A stretch of DNA of 64,000 nt from Neoechinorhynchus agilis (taxonomy: Eukaryota; Animalia; Acanthocephala): NCBI GenBank assembly GCA_051530055.1, contig CM121341.1:16594784-16658783 (forward strand), read 5' to 3'. Below the pieces are notes generated by a model. The model did not search any database, was not told where the DNA came from, and saw only the letters and a program-made list of their open reading frames with translations. Made by a program: the position numbers and the translations under genes. Shown here one piece after another: positions 9,524 through 21,255 of this stretch (its first letter is position 1; each line of letters opens with the position of its first letter).

Positions 9524-11751
9524 GGTTGAAAGCCATGGGGCAAAAGTCTACGTTTCCAATAATACTCATCTTTGGCATCCAATATAGTCTGTCGAATCTC
9601 ATTGGTTTGATATATTTGCTTTCACAGCGATCTGTAAGGCAAAATATGTTTATCTCCCATTTAAATAGTTCCGAAATTTGAAGGAGGCTTTGGGGATTAA
9701 TGGTCATGTCAACATCTTAACTGAAGCTAACTAATGGATCTAAGATCTACTGAATGCACGGATGCTTAAGTAAACGCTACCTACTCGCAATTCTCGGCTT
9801 TACTCCTTCTTCAATGCGAGATCAAATTTTATTCTAAAATCCAGAAACGTGAGGGGAAATTATTTATATTCCATAGTGGCAAAAATTATTATTCGCCGGA
9901 AACCGTGATGGGTGGTAAGTGATACAGGAGAGAATGTCAGGCTGGAGGTTGTCATACAGATTGTCTCCTTTTTACGACTTTAAAAGGTCGGTGTAACCTG
10001 TGTTCTCACGGGAAGGTGAGTTTGGTTAAGCTATTCGAGAAAGTGCAGCAGAATTTCTGCCTCTGGAATAGAAAATCAGACCAGAAATAGCCCAAGAATT
10101 CCAATTTAGATCTTGTCAAACCAGAGTCTGTCCCCTCGGAAGCTCTTATCCCTAGCAGTTTTTAACAGCTTTGACAAGTTATTTGTGAGTGTATAGCCTA
10201 CGACCACAGTCTGTTTGTAGCACGGGACGAAATCTAGATTTTGCATATTTTTGACACAATCTCTTATTCGCTGTTTGCCTAACTTAGATTTATACTTATT
10301 ACAAAAATTTGTTTTACTGGCATTTAAGGAGTCCCATTGCGGACAAATGGGGCATGCACCAGCGTGATTTGTTTGCTGAATGAGATTGATTTAAAATGTA
10401 AAAATGTGAAGACTACTAAAAAATGGAATCCTGTGCAATGTTGGTTAAAACTTTATTAAAATTACCTATCGAAAGGAAAATAATAATTTCTGCATTATTA
10501 AAGATGAGCACTTATACAAAATTGTACCTTCAAAAATAACCAAATGACGGCTGCTTAATGTTAAATTTCGAGGACCCTAAGGGCCAATTCCTTCTGATCC
10601 ATAGTTTGTGTAGATTGGAAATGTAGATTTCTACTTGTTGAATAACAGTTTTCATCCAAAACACGGTTTGTGAACTATACGAAAACCATAAAAGAATTCG
10701 GTATTGGGAAACTTGGGCAAGTGGAATTTATAAACTCAGTACATTAAAGATATTTCACCAATACGTCTCGCTTTCAGATCGCTGTTGTGTTTGCTAGTTC
10801 CAAATTATGATTAATCCTCGGATTCCATGTAAACTCGCACTCTTTTAAAGAGCCCGTACATTTCCAAATATCAAAAACATCAGAAGGAATAGAAATCGAA
10901 TCAAATTCTTTGTCTCTTACATTAAAATCTCCTCCCAATATAACATGAAGTGAAGAATTATCCAATCTTGCTTGCTCCACATAATCGAAAATCTCCGACA
11001 ACTGTTTTACGCGTGCTTTGGAATGCTTTGCAGTGCTCTCCAGATGACTTGTAACTGCTAGAATGTCAGTTGTTCCTCGAAGGGACAGCTATCATCAACG
11101 ATTAAGGGTTATTTTAGTTTGCGATTGCGACAATACCTTAACGCTTAAGTATCCTCTATCCATTATTGAATTATTAAAGGTGCAATAAGTTCCGGTCTGA
11201 AGCTTAGTCAGCATTTGCTTTCTCCATAAAATGGCACAACCGTAATAATCTTCTTGCTTAAATCGAGTCGAACCAAAATCAAAATCAAAGCACCAATCGA
11301 ACGTAGACGCCAGAGCATTTCCTATGATATCCATTGAAGTGCATTTTACTTCTTGCAAAAATGCGATATCAGCATTTTCTCTATGAAAAGAATACATTTC
11401 TTTTAACACAGATAGCTTAAAGCAAACTTTAAAATGTTTTCCGCGATCGATTGCATCCTGGTCTCAAATCCTCTGGAACTCAAACCGTCTATGTTCCAAC
11501 TAAGTACTTTAAAAAGTCCTTTATTATCACCTTCCTTCTTGAATTGGTCGAGCGCTTTCTAAAAAAAGCTCAATCAAACATTTGGACAAAGTAGTTTGAA
11601 AAGCACATACTGAAACATTCCAATCGGTATCTTGAAGACGATTAATTGCGGAGGCCATCGTGACACCGGTAGATTCCATTAATTCGTGACAAAGGTGCAA
11701 ACATTCGCTAGATTCCTTCTCGTGGTCCGCATTACCGGTTCTAGATGACAT
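9438..11751 (-). CDS. TDP2: Tyrosyl-DNA phosphodiesterase 2, 5 exons (11751-11611, 11558-11428, 11380-11137, 11088-10776, 9631-9438); last junction non-canonical
   Basis: UBA-like N-terminus, then SWNIDGL, FLQEV, TSHLES, GGDFNVRD, FTWN, RFDRLYW and PSDHWG motifs. 340 aa if the GA..AG junction 10775..9632 is used. Confidence 0.9.
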
Positions 11752-12197
11752 CTAAAGCTTAAGGATTATTTTAGCATGCATTTATTTTTTTGAAGAATAC
11801 TAGAATCCTACGATAAAATTATAAGGTTTTTATGAATATATGTTGAAGTCGATGAGCAAAGACCTATGATTCTAAAATGTAGAGAACTCAGAACAAGTGA
11901 TTAAATATTTCGCGTTTACTATTGCTGTCATTTGTTTCGTTAGAGCTTAAGAATCACTGGGGAAATCATACAGCTACTTGGTTTTGTGAAATATTTGTTA
12001 AAGCTCTTTAAATTAAACTTTTTAATATTTCTCGAACTCGAGAATGTGGCAATTTCCTTAAGTATTTTAAAGATCGTTTGAGATTGGCGTTTTATAAATC
12101 TCAAGCAAAAAATCAAAATTTAGGATGCCAATTATAATTTTCAGTTTCCATGGAAACATGGGCGTTTATAAAATAAAGTAAAAAATATTTCTCAAGA

Positions 12198-14576
12198 ATG
12201 AAGGAGGCGTATGTGACATTGGCCACTAACGATCTGTACGCAGTGAGTGCCTGTGTTCTGGCTCGGTCTCTTAGAGTAACCGGGACAAAGAGGACCTTGG
12301 TTATTCTTGCTACGGACGAAATATCGGAAGGAGTAAAGTAAGCTACGATTCGTTTTAACTAAGTATTGATCTACCAATTTTTAGTAAGGCTATATTGCAA
12401 CATTTTGACAAGGTTGAAAGAGTCGCATGTATTTCGTCGAAGGAAAGGAACAAACTCGAGATGATGGGACGCCCTGATTTGGCTCCTTCCCTGACAAAAA
12501 TTCATTGTTTTCGCCTCACTCAATTTGAAAAGTGTGTCTTTCTAGATGCAGATTGCATGGTGAGCCATGTTTAGCCCACCTAAAAGTCAAACATGGCCGT
12601 TAGGTACTAACGAATATAGATGAGTTGTTTGAAAGAGAAGCATTTGCTGCAGCGCCGGATATTGGGTGGCCAGACTGTTTCAACAGTGGAGTATTTGTGT
12701 TTCGCCCCGATTTGTCTACATTTGACCGACTTGTCGATATGTTGATTGAAAACGGATCTTTTGACGGTAGGTGCTTAACTGGGGTAAACCAATTCTATAC
12801 TGATAATAAGGGCGAAATTTCATAATTCTTGCTTAACAAAAATTATCCAAATTAATACAATTTGCACAACTCTGAGGCGGTCAAGGACACAAATTAGCCT
12901 TAGAGGTCCACTGAGACATTGGAATAAAAATTTAAGGTAGTCAATAACTATGTTAAATTTACCCATAAAACGACCTTGAAAGTTCGATTTGAGGTCTGAA
13001 ACCAAACGATAGGACTACAAAAGTAATACAAAGTCCGGGGAAGATGTTCTAGAGGCAATTCAAAGGGCCCGAACTCAATTACACATATATCTTTTACGAT
13101 TCTATATAGTGAACTCTGTGATTTCAAAGATTAACATTTGTTTGCAATCAAGGAACTTTCCAAAGCCATCGAAGACCGTAAATCATGAATTTGTTCAGCT
13201 TTCAGAACGTCCAGCTAAAAATAGACAACACATATTATGAATAAATAAAAAAAATTAAGGAGCTTTTTGGTCATTCTAAAAAATTCACTTTACATTATCT
13301 AAGAGGATCCGTATGTTTGCAGAAGTCAATTTAAAATTAAAAATGTGGTCTTGGTAGATCACAGGGACAAGTTTTGCATTTTAAAGGCCCAATAAGTGTT
13401 ATTGTTTGATTTTCGTTTTCAAAACTACGCTTCCAAGTTCACGCCCATATCTTCAAACCAAAATTAAGGAGCTGATCAAGGATTATTGAATGAACTTTTC
13501 GGAGCAAGTTGGAGGCACTCCGTGGAGCAACGGTTGGCTTTTGGCTACAATATGCCACCGTCGATCGCAGTATACGGCTACAGACCGGCAATTGAAAGGT
13601 GACGACGGACTTGGTGTCCATGTTTACATAAAGAACTTTGAGTAGGTTCCGTTCCGAGATTCGAATAATTCACTTTATGGGCGATCGTAAGCCATGGATT
13701 GTCCGCTATGAGCCGGACACCGGACATGTGAGCGAAGTTGGTGATGGTGAGCAAGGCTATTATCGTCGCTGGTGGCAATTATTGTACGAGAGTGTAGCGG
13801 TGGATTATGCAAAGGAATTGGTAGGCACTCTCACTCTCTATTTGTGACTCGCATCAAGTCAACCGGTTACACAGTGCTTGTTCCCGGATCTTTTTATCAT
13901 AAAGAGGCCGATTGTTGATATAAGTAGCGTAGGCATCGGCTTGAGCAGGGTCCTTAATGTTCGGGTTATCGAGAAGGTCTTGAATTCCTAAAAGGATTTC
14001 CTTAACGGTGATCGCAGGTCGCCAGTGTCGTTCCTCGTCAAGAATACTGAGACAAACGGTTCCACTCGGGTAAACGTTTGGATGGAACAAAGGTGGATCG
14101 AATTTACATTTTGGAGGCGTTGAAGGGAAATCGTCTTTGAATGACATAAACAGCCGAAATGAACCTCCTTCCCAGTCAGTTCCTCTTTTGCCAGGAATAC
14201 GACATTCCCAATAAAAGATGTTCATTGTTCCGTCCGTATTGGTTGTCGGTCTTGCTACAAATCCAAAGGGATGGTCTCTTCTCCAATTTTTCCGTTCTTC
14301 CAAAAGTCGCCGAGCGGCTATTCCCGACATCTCTATAAAAATAAAGCAACCTTTTAGGCGACACTCGGCTTGAAGCTGTATAATTACTCTCCACAACCAC
14401 CGGAGGATTGGACAATTACCCAGGCGAAGTTCGAGGATATGTGGTCTATTAAGGAGATGGAAGTACGAGCCGGCATAAAGCCCAACATTCTTTATTTGAC
14501 TGAGTTTGAGATTGATTTCACGACCAAATCGATCGAGGCAAGAAAAGATTATAGATTTGTTAAGCGATATACCTAA
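12198..14576 (+). CDS. GYG1: Glycogenin; exons 12198-12337, 12385-12559, 12604-12766, 13469-13598, then 13646-13847 (stop) or 13646-13820 spliced to 14358-14576
   Basis: [59 protein letters not shown] (autoglucosylation Tyr region) and HFMGDRKPW. The last exon is an inference. Confidence 0.9.
13854..14330 (-). CDS. UBE2I: SUMO-conjugating enzyme UBC9, intronless, 158 aa
   Basis: [24 protein letters not shown]...[15 protein letters not shown]...[26 protein letters not shown]...[24 protein letters not shown]. Confidence 0.97.
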   Translation of the reverse strand: MSGIAARRLLEERKNWRRDHPFGFVARPTTNTDGTMNIFYWECRIPGKRGTDWEGGSFRLFMSFKDDFPSTPPKCKFDPPLFHPNVYPSGTVCLSILDEERHWRPAITVKEILLGIQDLLDNPNIKDPAQADAYATYINNRPLYDKKIREQALCNRLT

Positions 14577-14985
14577 TAAATCGCGAATTTTGCTCAAAGT
14601 CGAGAAGGAGGGAGGGAGAAAGAAGTACGAAGCGAGCAAGGGCGCGGCAAATAGACAATGTTTAGCCACGAAATATACGTCATGCACCAAAGTAGCGAAA
14701 TAGGCAAGGTTTGACGCAACAGCGACGTCATTCAAAAGAGAAGACGTGTGATGATGTTGTTTTCGAAGGCATCTTACAGTGGCGTGAGAAAAGGCAGGGT
14801 CGATTCTTATGCTCTTTTCTTTAAAAACTAGAGTAACTTTGTAATTTTTTTAGCAAATGAAACTTTACCTTCAAATGCAAGCAAGAGATATTTCACTCGG
14901 CCTGGTCAATCAATTGTCCAAGAGACTCTGGCGAATCACTAACGATTCGAGGGCAGAATTGCTGTAAAACATAAGTCTGGTTGTG

Positions 14986-15047
14986 CAACGCAGGAGAACG
15001 CTGCAACGGTCCTTTGGAACGTTACACCAGGACGGCAACTGAATGAT
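14986..15047 (+). mobile_element. Short 3' scrap of a CRE-type element
   Basis: aacgctgcaacggtcctttggaacgttacaccaggacggcaactgaatgat aligns with the reverse complement of about 3115-3170 (RGNAASVL region). Confidence 0.6.
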
Positions 15048-16177
15048 CAAGGGCAGTGGTGTGGATGTTTATATTTTTTGTTGGAAAAAATTAGTGGGAA
15101 AAAAGTGGGAGGTCGTTTAGTCCGTTTTAGGGCGTTCAAAAACTTTTAAAAGTGAATAATTTTGAAATACAAGACGATCGAAGAGGCATAGGACTCCGTA
15201 CGCTTTTCCACGTTAGATTGAAGTAATAGTAATTTCTTTTTGATGAAGGCTTTGATTACTTCACAAGCGATTAGTTTAAACGGGTTTCTCTGGTCACTTA
15301 CAAGTCTTCAAAAATAACTATCATGTTCGAGTTTTAGTTTGGTTAATTCGCGTTGTTTTTAAGAGTTCAAACAAAGGCAACGATGCGATAGGTAAAAAAA
15401 TTCAAGACGGTAAAAACCTTCGCTTGTCTGAATTCTAGTAGCTAAGTTGGAGATGAATGTAAAATAATTTAGAAAAATACTATAGTTGCGCTACTTTAAC
15501 ATTGGTTTTATACCGAGATATACACCATAGCCACGTACACGAAGTCATTACGATTTAGGCTTAGGAATTGTACCACCGACTTTTGATTTTTAGAAGTTCC
15601 GTTTGCTTTTTAAGCGTCATTTCTAAGTTTAATTAATGAGAAAAAACACTGACAAAAATGGGTCTGCAATTAGGTATTTTGAGAGATTAGAGTAACAAAT
15701 ATGAAATTTGGCTCAATCGACTTGATCGGTTTTACTTTATTGGACCTGTAATGCGGAGATAATGCTCTAGCTCTGCCAAACACCGGATAAAACTTAATTA
15801 TGGATCTCCCATATTCGACGACTTGTCAACAATACCAATACACCGATATTTTAGATTGAGTCTTAAGATACTGCAATTAATGGGCGACTTTTACGAAACT
15901 TTAAGAGAGTGAACACAATTAAATGTACACAAGAAAATAGTGGCATGTTTGAGATTGCTTCTTTATTTTGTACGGCTAAAAGAATTGCGAACGTAGTCAT
16001 CTTAAAAGAACTTGCCTACGAATTTAAATTTAAATTAACCTGATGAACTAAAATACGGCATTCCTACTTACTTTCTATTCACTCTTCGGGTACTGTCAGC
16101 TTTACGTTATTTAAGATTTGAATTGATTATAACGGTTGATTGTTTTTCCGGCCATTGTGGACCACGAATTCATCAGG

Positions 16178-17359
16178 ATGGAAACGATTAAAAATGTGCT
16201 TGAAGCGATGACCAAAGATGAGCTTATTGAAAAGTGTCGCAGACTTCTACTTGAACGAAACCAATTGCGGAATTTACTTAGGAAGCGAGAAACTCCGATT
16301 CCTGAACCGCAAGCATTTAAACGACCAATACAATTTTCCAAGTACAACAAACGCCACGTATTTTTGAAATTCGTCTACATTGGATGGGCGCATGATGGTT
16401 TCGTTCAACAAGATGGTCTGATGAACACTGTCGAAGATGCAATTTTCAAAGCATTGAAAAGAACTAGATTATGTGACAATGCCCGCTCGAGTAGATATAG
16501 TCGTTGCGGTAGAACCGATTTGGGCGTCAGTGCATTTTCTCAAGTGATATCAATTGATCTGCGATCAAGTCAGTCGATCGAAAGTGCAATACAAAAGGGC
16601 ACACAAGTTGGCTTAATGCAAACGGCCGACTCTAATAGTGATAAAATTGGAAACGAAGAAATTAAATACGTCGAATTGCTCAATAGGGTGTTGCCGTGGT
16701 CTATAAGGATGTTGGCATGGTGTCCTGTACATGAAACCAAAAATGCAAGATTCGATTGCCTTAAAAGATGTTATCACTATTATTTTCAAAACAGCAAACA
16801 AAATCTGGATATCGAGAGAATGAATAACGCTGCGATGGCGTTCGAGGGTAAACACGACTTTAGAAACTTCTGCAAGATCGACCGGACGCGAAAAAGCATT
16901 AATTTCACTCGGGTTGTATATTCTGCGAAGGTGGAACATGTCACTGACCAATTTTATCGTTTCGTTATTACTGGTTCTGGTTTCTTATGGCACCAAGTGC
17001 GCTTCATAATGTCAGTATTATTCCTGATCGGAGAGCATAAAGAAACAGTGAGCGTTGTTGATTGTTTACTGGATGTTGAGAAATGCAAGAGACGGCCACA
17101 GTATTCCATGGCATCTGAGAAAAATCTCGTTTTGTATGACTGCCAATACGATGACGGTGTGGAATCTCAATGGATTTATCCAAACGACGGGTCCTTCTTT
17201 CAATCTATTAGAGATCATTCTGAAGAATTGGCACTGGAAGGGTTTATTTTGGCTGAAGTGTGTAGAAAAGAGGAATCTAAAGTCAATATGGATTTAGAAA
17301 TGGTGGTAGAACGCCCATCTTATATCGGACTACTTAACCGACCTACTTGTGGGTCGTAA
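16178..17359 (+). CDS. PUS3: tRNA pseudouridine(38/39) synthase, TruA family, 393 aa from ATG 16178
   Basis: KRHVFLKFVYIGW..DGF, YSRCGRTDLGVSAFSQVISIDLRS, ARFDC..R.YHYYF, GKHDFRNFCK, GSGFLWHQVR, RPQYSMASE..LVLYDC. Confidence 0.95.
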   Translation: METIKNVLEAMTKDELIEKCRRLLLERNQLRNLLRKRETPIPEPQAFKRPIQFSKYNKRHVFLKFVYIGWAHDGFVQQDGLMNTVEDAIFKALKRTRLCDNARSSRYSRCGRTDLGVSAFSQVISIDLRSSQSIESAIQKGTQVGLMQTADSNSDKIGNEEIKYVELLNRVLPWSIRMLAWCPVHETKNARFDCLKRCYHYYFQNSKQNLDIERMNNAAMAFEGKHDFRNFCKIDRTRKSINFTRVVYSAKVEHVTDQFYRFVITGSGFLWHQVRFIMSVLFLIGEHKETVSVVDCLLDVEKCKRRPQYSMASEKNLVLYDCQYDDGVESQWIYPNDGSFFQSIRDHSEELALEGFILAEVCRKEESKVNMDLEMVVERPSYIGLLNRPTCGS

Positions 17360-18869
17360 AATGATGCGACTTTTGTGTTATCACAAAAATTCATTTCCGG
17401 ATTGCTGTGTATTCGACATTTGTTCTTATTTCCACATTTTTACCATTTCGTTCATTGATAGTTTTTAATTAAAATAACCACTCATTCGTTAAGATGGAAT
17501 ATTTTTCGGCACTATGATAAGTGTTTCTACATAGCGAAAAATTTGAAGTAGTTTATTAGGTCCAATATTTCGGCACAATCTTGTGCTTTTTCAAGGTTGC
17601 ATGTAAGTTCAAATATTGAATCTAATAAATTATTTCAAATTTTTCGCCATTTAAAAACATGAATAATTCAATCTTCAAAAACTTTGATAAGTACGAGAAT
17701 GTGTCGCGTTAGAATTAATCTCTCTCGAGGATATGTTTGCCTATTTTAAAAATTGAAACAATGTTAATGAAATCAATCATAGCTCTCATAACGAATTTTC
17801 AAAGAGAATACATCAAATATTAATATTTGAAGATATGATGCTTTAAAAATATTAGAAAGTTTAATTCTTGGGTTTTCTGGCAAACGATGTATTCAGCGTA
17901 TGGTTAGGAAATTGCAAGGAAAAAGTATAAGAAATAATAGAATATATGGTTATTTGTGTCTTGTAGTTTTGAAAACTGTCTGATAAGAGCTTCTTTATTG
18001 TCACTGAAAGGCGAGCGAAAATTCTCTATTTAATGCACTTGAAAAGTGAATCCTACCTTAACCATAAAGGAAAACCTCCTGTGCCCTTCGATATCGATGA
18101 TCTCATCAATAAACACCTTTCTTTGAAAGTTGCGACGAATCCAACAAAGCTTATTAGACTTACCTTTTACGACCCAATACAAGTCCTTTTGAATTTTCAC
18201 TATAAAGCAAAGCAAGTGAAACTTAAAAAGCGTTAAATTAAATCGTTCTGTCAAAGATTAACTTAATTGAGATTAAGTCAAAAATTTCCAACGACAGCTC
18301 TACTTAGTTTACAACGTGTACGCGTTTTCGAGACAAAAAGGGTTAATCATTTTCTGCCGATCATTTTGGTTTTATAGTATTTCTAATAAAACAACAAGAT
18401 CGCTTATGCAGAAACAAGAATATTTCATTTACATACACAAGTGCTAGAAAAATCTGCTTTTTTTGAATTGCGTATTACAGTATTTTACAAAAATAAACAG
18501 GGACATCTTTGAAAAACAATCAATTATGAGCAATACAAAACCACTTTTTTTAACTTCGTTTGACAAATAATCTCATTCACATTATAATTCGCATTCGATG
18601 TCCTGCCGCTATAAAATTAGGTTTCAACCATCGTTGCATCCTTATTTATTAGCCATCCGCAAAGTGAATTAAAGATCGAGAATCACAAAAGGATCCGGTC
18701 GTCTTTAAAAAATTATTGATATAAGAAGATTTTCCTACAAAAAGTAAATAGTATGTTCACGAAGTTTTTAGTATAAAAGATTGGAAATATTACAATATTG
18801 CTGGTGAAAATATCCAACGCTTTACAAATTGAAAGGTCTACTGTATAGTTGCAAATGATTTGCGGCCTC

Positions 18870-20256
18870 CACCACCGACGACACCGTCCTCGCTTCGCTC
18901 GTAACCTGCATGTTAGACAACAATATGAAGACGGAAACTTGCCCGCCCAAAACGAGCCATCAATGCAACCGCCAGAAAATTCTGATAATTCGAAGGCTCA
19001 GTTCTCAAAGAAAATCTCGACTGAAAATAAGCAGCGAACTGCGTTCATATCGCCTACAATCGACGCTACTGGCGCAGACACCTTGAACGCGCCGCTTATC
19101 GATCACGCTAACCTGAGAAGATCAACGTTGCCGGACTCCCCCACGTCTCTACTGGTGTGTGTTCGGTTTGCGGTAAGTCTTATAAATTAACCAATTTGGG
19201 GTTTTGTTTGCCCATGGTCCCCGGGATCTCCGCTGAAGCGAGTCTGGTTCTGCACCACAATCAAGCGATCTGTTTATACCTCGGACCTCTCAGATCACCA
19301 CGGACTCTATTTCGAAACCTGATATCGTGCGCTTTCTGCCCAGGAACGTCCTGAAACGGATCCCAAAGGGTGCACGATATCAGGTCGCCAACGCATTTAC
19401 GGGAATGCTCAACGATCGCCTCCAAAGGAACTGTGCGCCATCATGGACACGGCTCTTCGCATTCCCAAGCTTAGTTCTTTGCACCAGTGATGACATCAAC
19501 AATCAAGGAAAGCGCGGCCTCTTTCGAACAGATATTTAACAATTTCGAAATGAAATTTCGCGAGGTTCGTAAAGGACGCACGAAGGAAGGGTTTCGTTGC
19601 CATTTTTCAAAGCGATCACTGACTGAATGTGTCTCTTCGAAGCTTGCGGACGCAGATGTTCGGGGGCTGTTCGGTTATTGTCATCCTCCGACAGTTTTGC
19701 ACGAGGAGACAACGCGACACTGCAAATACTCCGGTCATAACATCCATGCAGTAGTGGCAGTTTTGAAATTCCATCTCCTCCCATACAAGACAGGACACCC
19801 ACTCAAATTTCAGAGTTAAAAAAGGCCATCTCATCTTTTGCAAATGGTTCGGGTCATGGATTTGACGGGCAAAGGCCTTAGCACCTAAAGGACATGATGT
19901 CCTTTACAACTGGTGAAGCAGCTCTCTCTCTAGAAAGTGCGCTTTCTCGGTTAGTCGACCGCCTGATAATGACAGCGCTGGTTTGCTCATCGTCATTAAC
20001 GGAGAAACGATTGGCGATAGAGCTAGTGAACACAATTTTCACTGAGTGAAAATTCACTAGCCACGTTCGAAAAATGCTACGACGACCGAGAAATGATGTC
20101 CCGATTGTCCGCGCAACGAGCGTTTTCGCGGACAATGCGCGGGCGAGTTTTGGACATCAGCTAGGCAAAGCTACAGTACTGCTCAACAAGCGGGACGAAC
20201 TTTCCGTTTCGATGTCGCTACTTCAACACACTTCACAACTCCACTTGCCTTTGTAG
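18870..20256 (+). mobile_element. Internally deleted, decayed CRE-type non-LTR retrotransposon (5' region, Zn finger, pre-RT and post-RT parts)
   Basis: CSVCGKSY; RNVLKRIPKGAR...SWTRLFAF; SSKLADADVRG; KAISSFANGSGHGFDGQRP*HLKDM; many frameshifts; RT core missing. Confidence 0.8.
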
Positions 20257-20296
20257 ATTTCTGAAGAAGCCGTAAGACGTCGACTGCTCAAAAATA
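20255..20296 (+). ncRNA. Degenerate minimal hammerhead motif (probably inactive)
   Basis: ttt-CTGAAGA-a-GCCG-taaga-CGTC-GACT-GCTC-aaa aligns to the 5545 motif, but GAAA has become GACT. Confidence 0.45.
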
Positions 20297-21255
20297 TTGA
20301 TTTTTCTTCATATCTACAACTGCCCGTCCAAGTGCCAATAAAAAACCTGATCGATCATGCGGATGGAAAATATAGTGCGATAATACTTTACTTTTTAAAT
20401 GTCTACGTGGAAGTAAACTTTATAAATTAATAAAGTGAAATATGTGAAATTGAAATATAGTTTTATACATTCCTGGGTGTTTAAAAGCTTCGTTCAAACC
20501 AGAGGCGTTTCTAAGTATTTCATGACAGTGCAATTTAATTATGTTAATTCAAGTGAAATTCCAGCAACAAACCGTGTTCCATGTTGGTGATTTTCAAATT
20601 GCTTAATTTTTGATTTAAAGCGGTTAAGCTGGTCGCCAACAAAAATTAAAAAAAATGATTAGCAGATTGTTTGGTTTTCTTGAAGACTACTGATTGTAGC
20701 CAAAACCGATATAGAGTAGCATTATAGTTTCCTGATTTCGTCGCAACTTTCAAGGCAAAGTGTTTATTGACGAGATCATCAATTTGACAGAGGCAAAAAT
20801 GTTTTGATCTGTGATTAAAAAACGACACATTTTTAAAGTAAACAGCCTTTTAACTTTCGAACAGCTCATTTATTGAATTTTATACCAAATAAACTCACAA
20901 ACGATGAGGACCAACCCGTCCTTCAGAACATTCAAACGTGTAAGAGTGTTTAAATACGATGAGGATCAACGTGTGTATTTATTAATTGCTAAAAAAACGT
21001 CGATCTTCGGTGAGTACTAGAAATCAATGTCTGGTAATTACGGCATATTCTGAGGCGAACTGTTTCAAAATTCTAACTACGAATTATAAGTGTACTTGAA
21101 CTCAAAAATACAATATTTTTCACTTGGATTAGGTGTCAATGTTTTCAAGAAACATCCGGGAGTATATAAGCTGCGCTTAACACTTGAAGATCGTCTATTC
21201 ACGTTGATTCTTAAACTTTGTAACAACGTCAAATTTCAAGGATCAAACAACTTCA

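Noticed and set aside
9880-10400. GC-richer stretch in the long TDP2 intron as a recognisable retroelement
   Set aside because: Hand translation gave only short ambiguous motifs; it cannot be classified without a search.
14331-14735. 135-aa N-terminal extension of UBC9 in the ORF track
   Set aside because: It starts at TTG with no in-frame ATG; ATG 14330 gives the standard 158-aa protein and follows an acceptor; part of the open frame mirrors the proposed glycogenin last exon.
18330-18352. piggyBac-like end (AGGGTTAA)
   Set aside because: No matching opposite end or transposase sequence was found.
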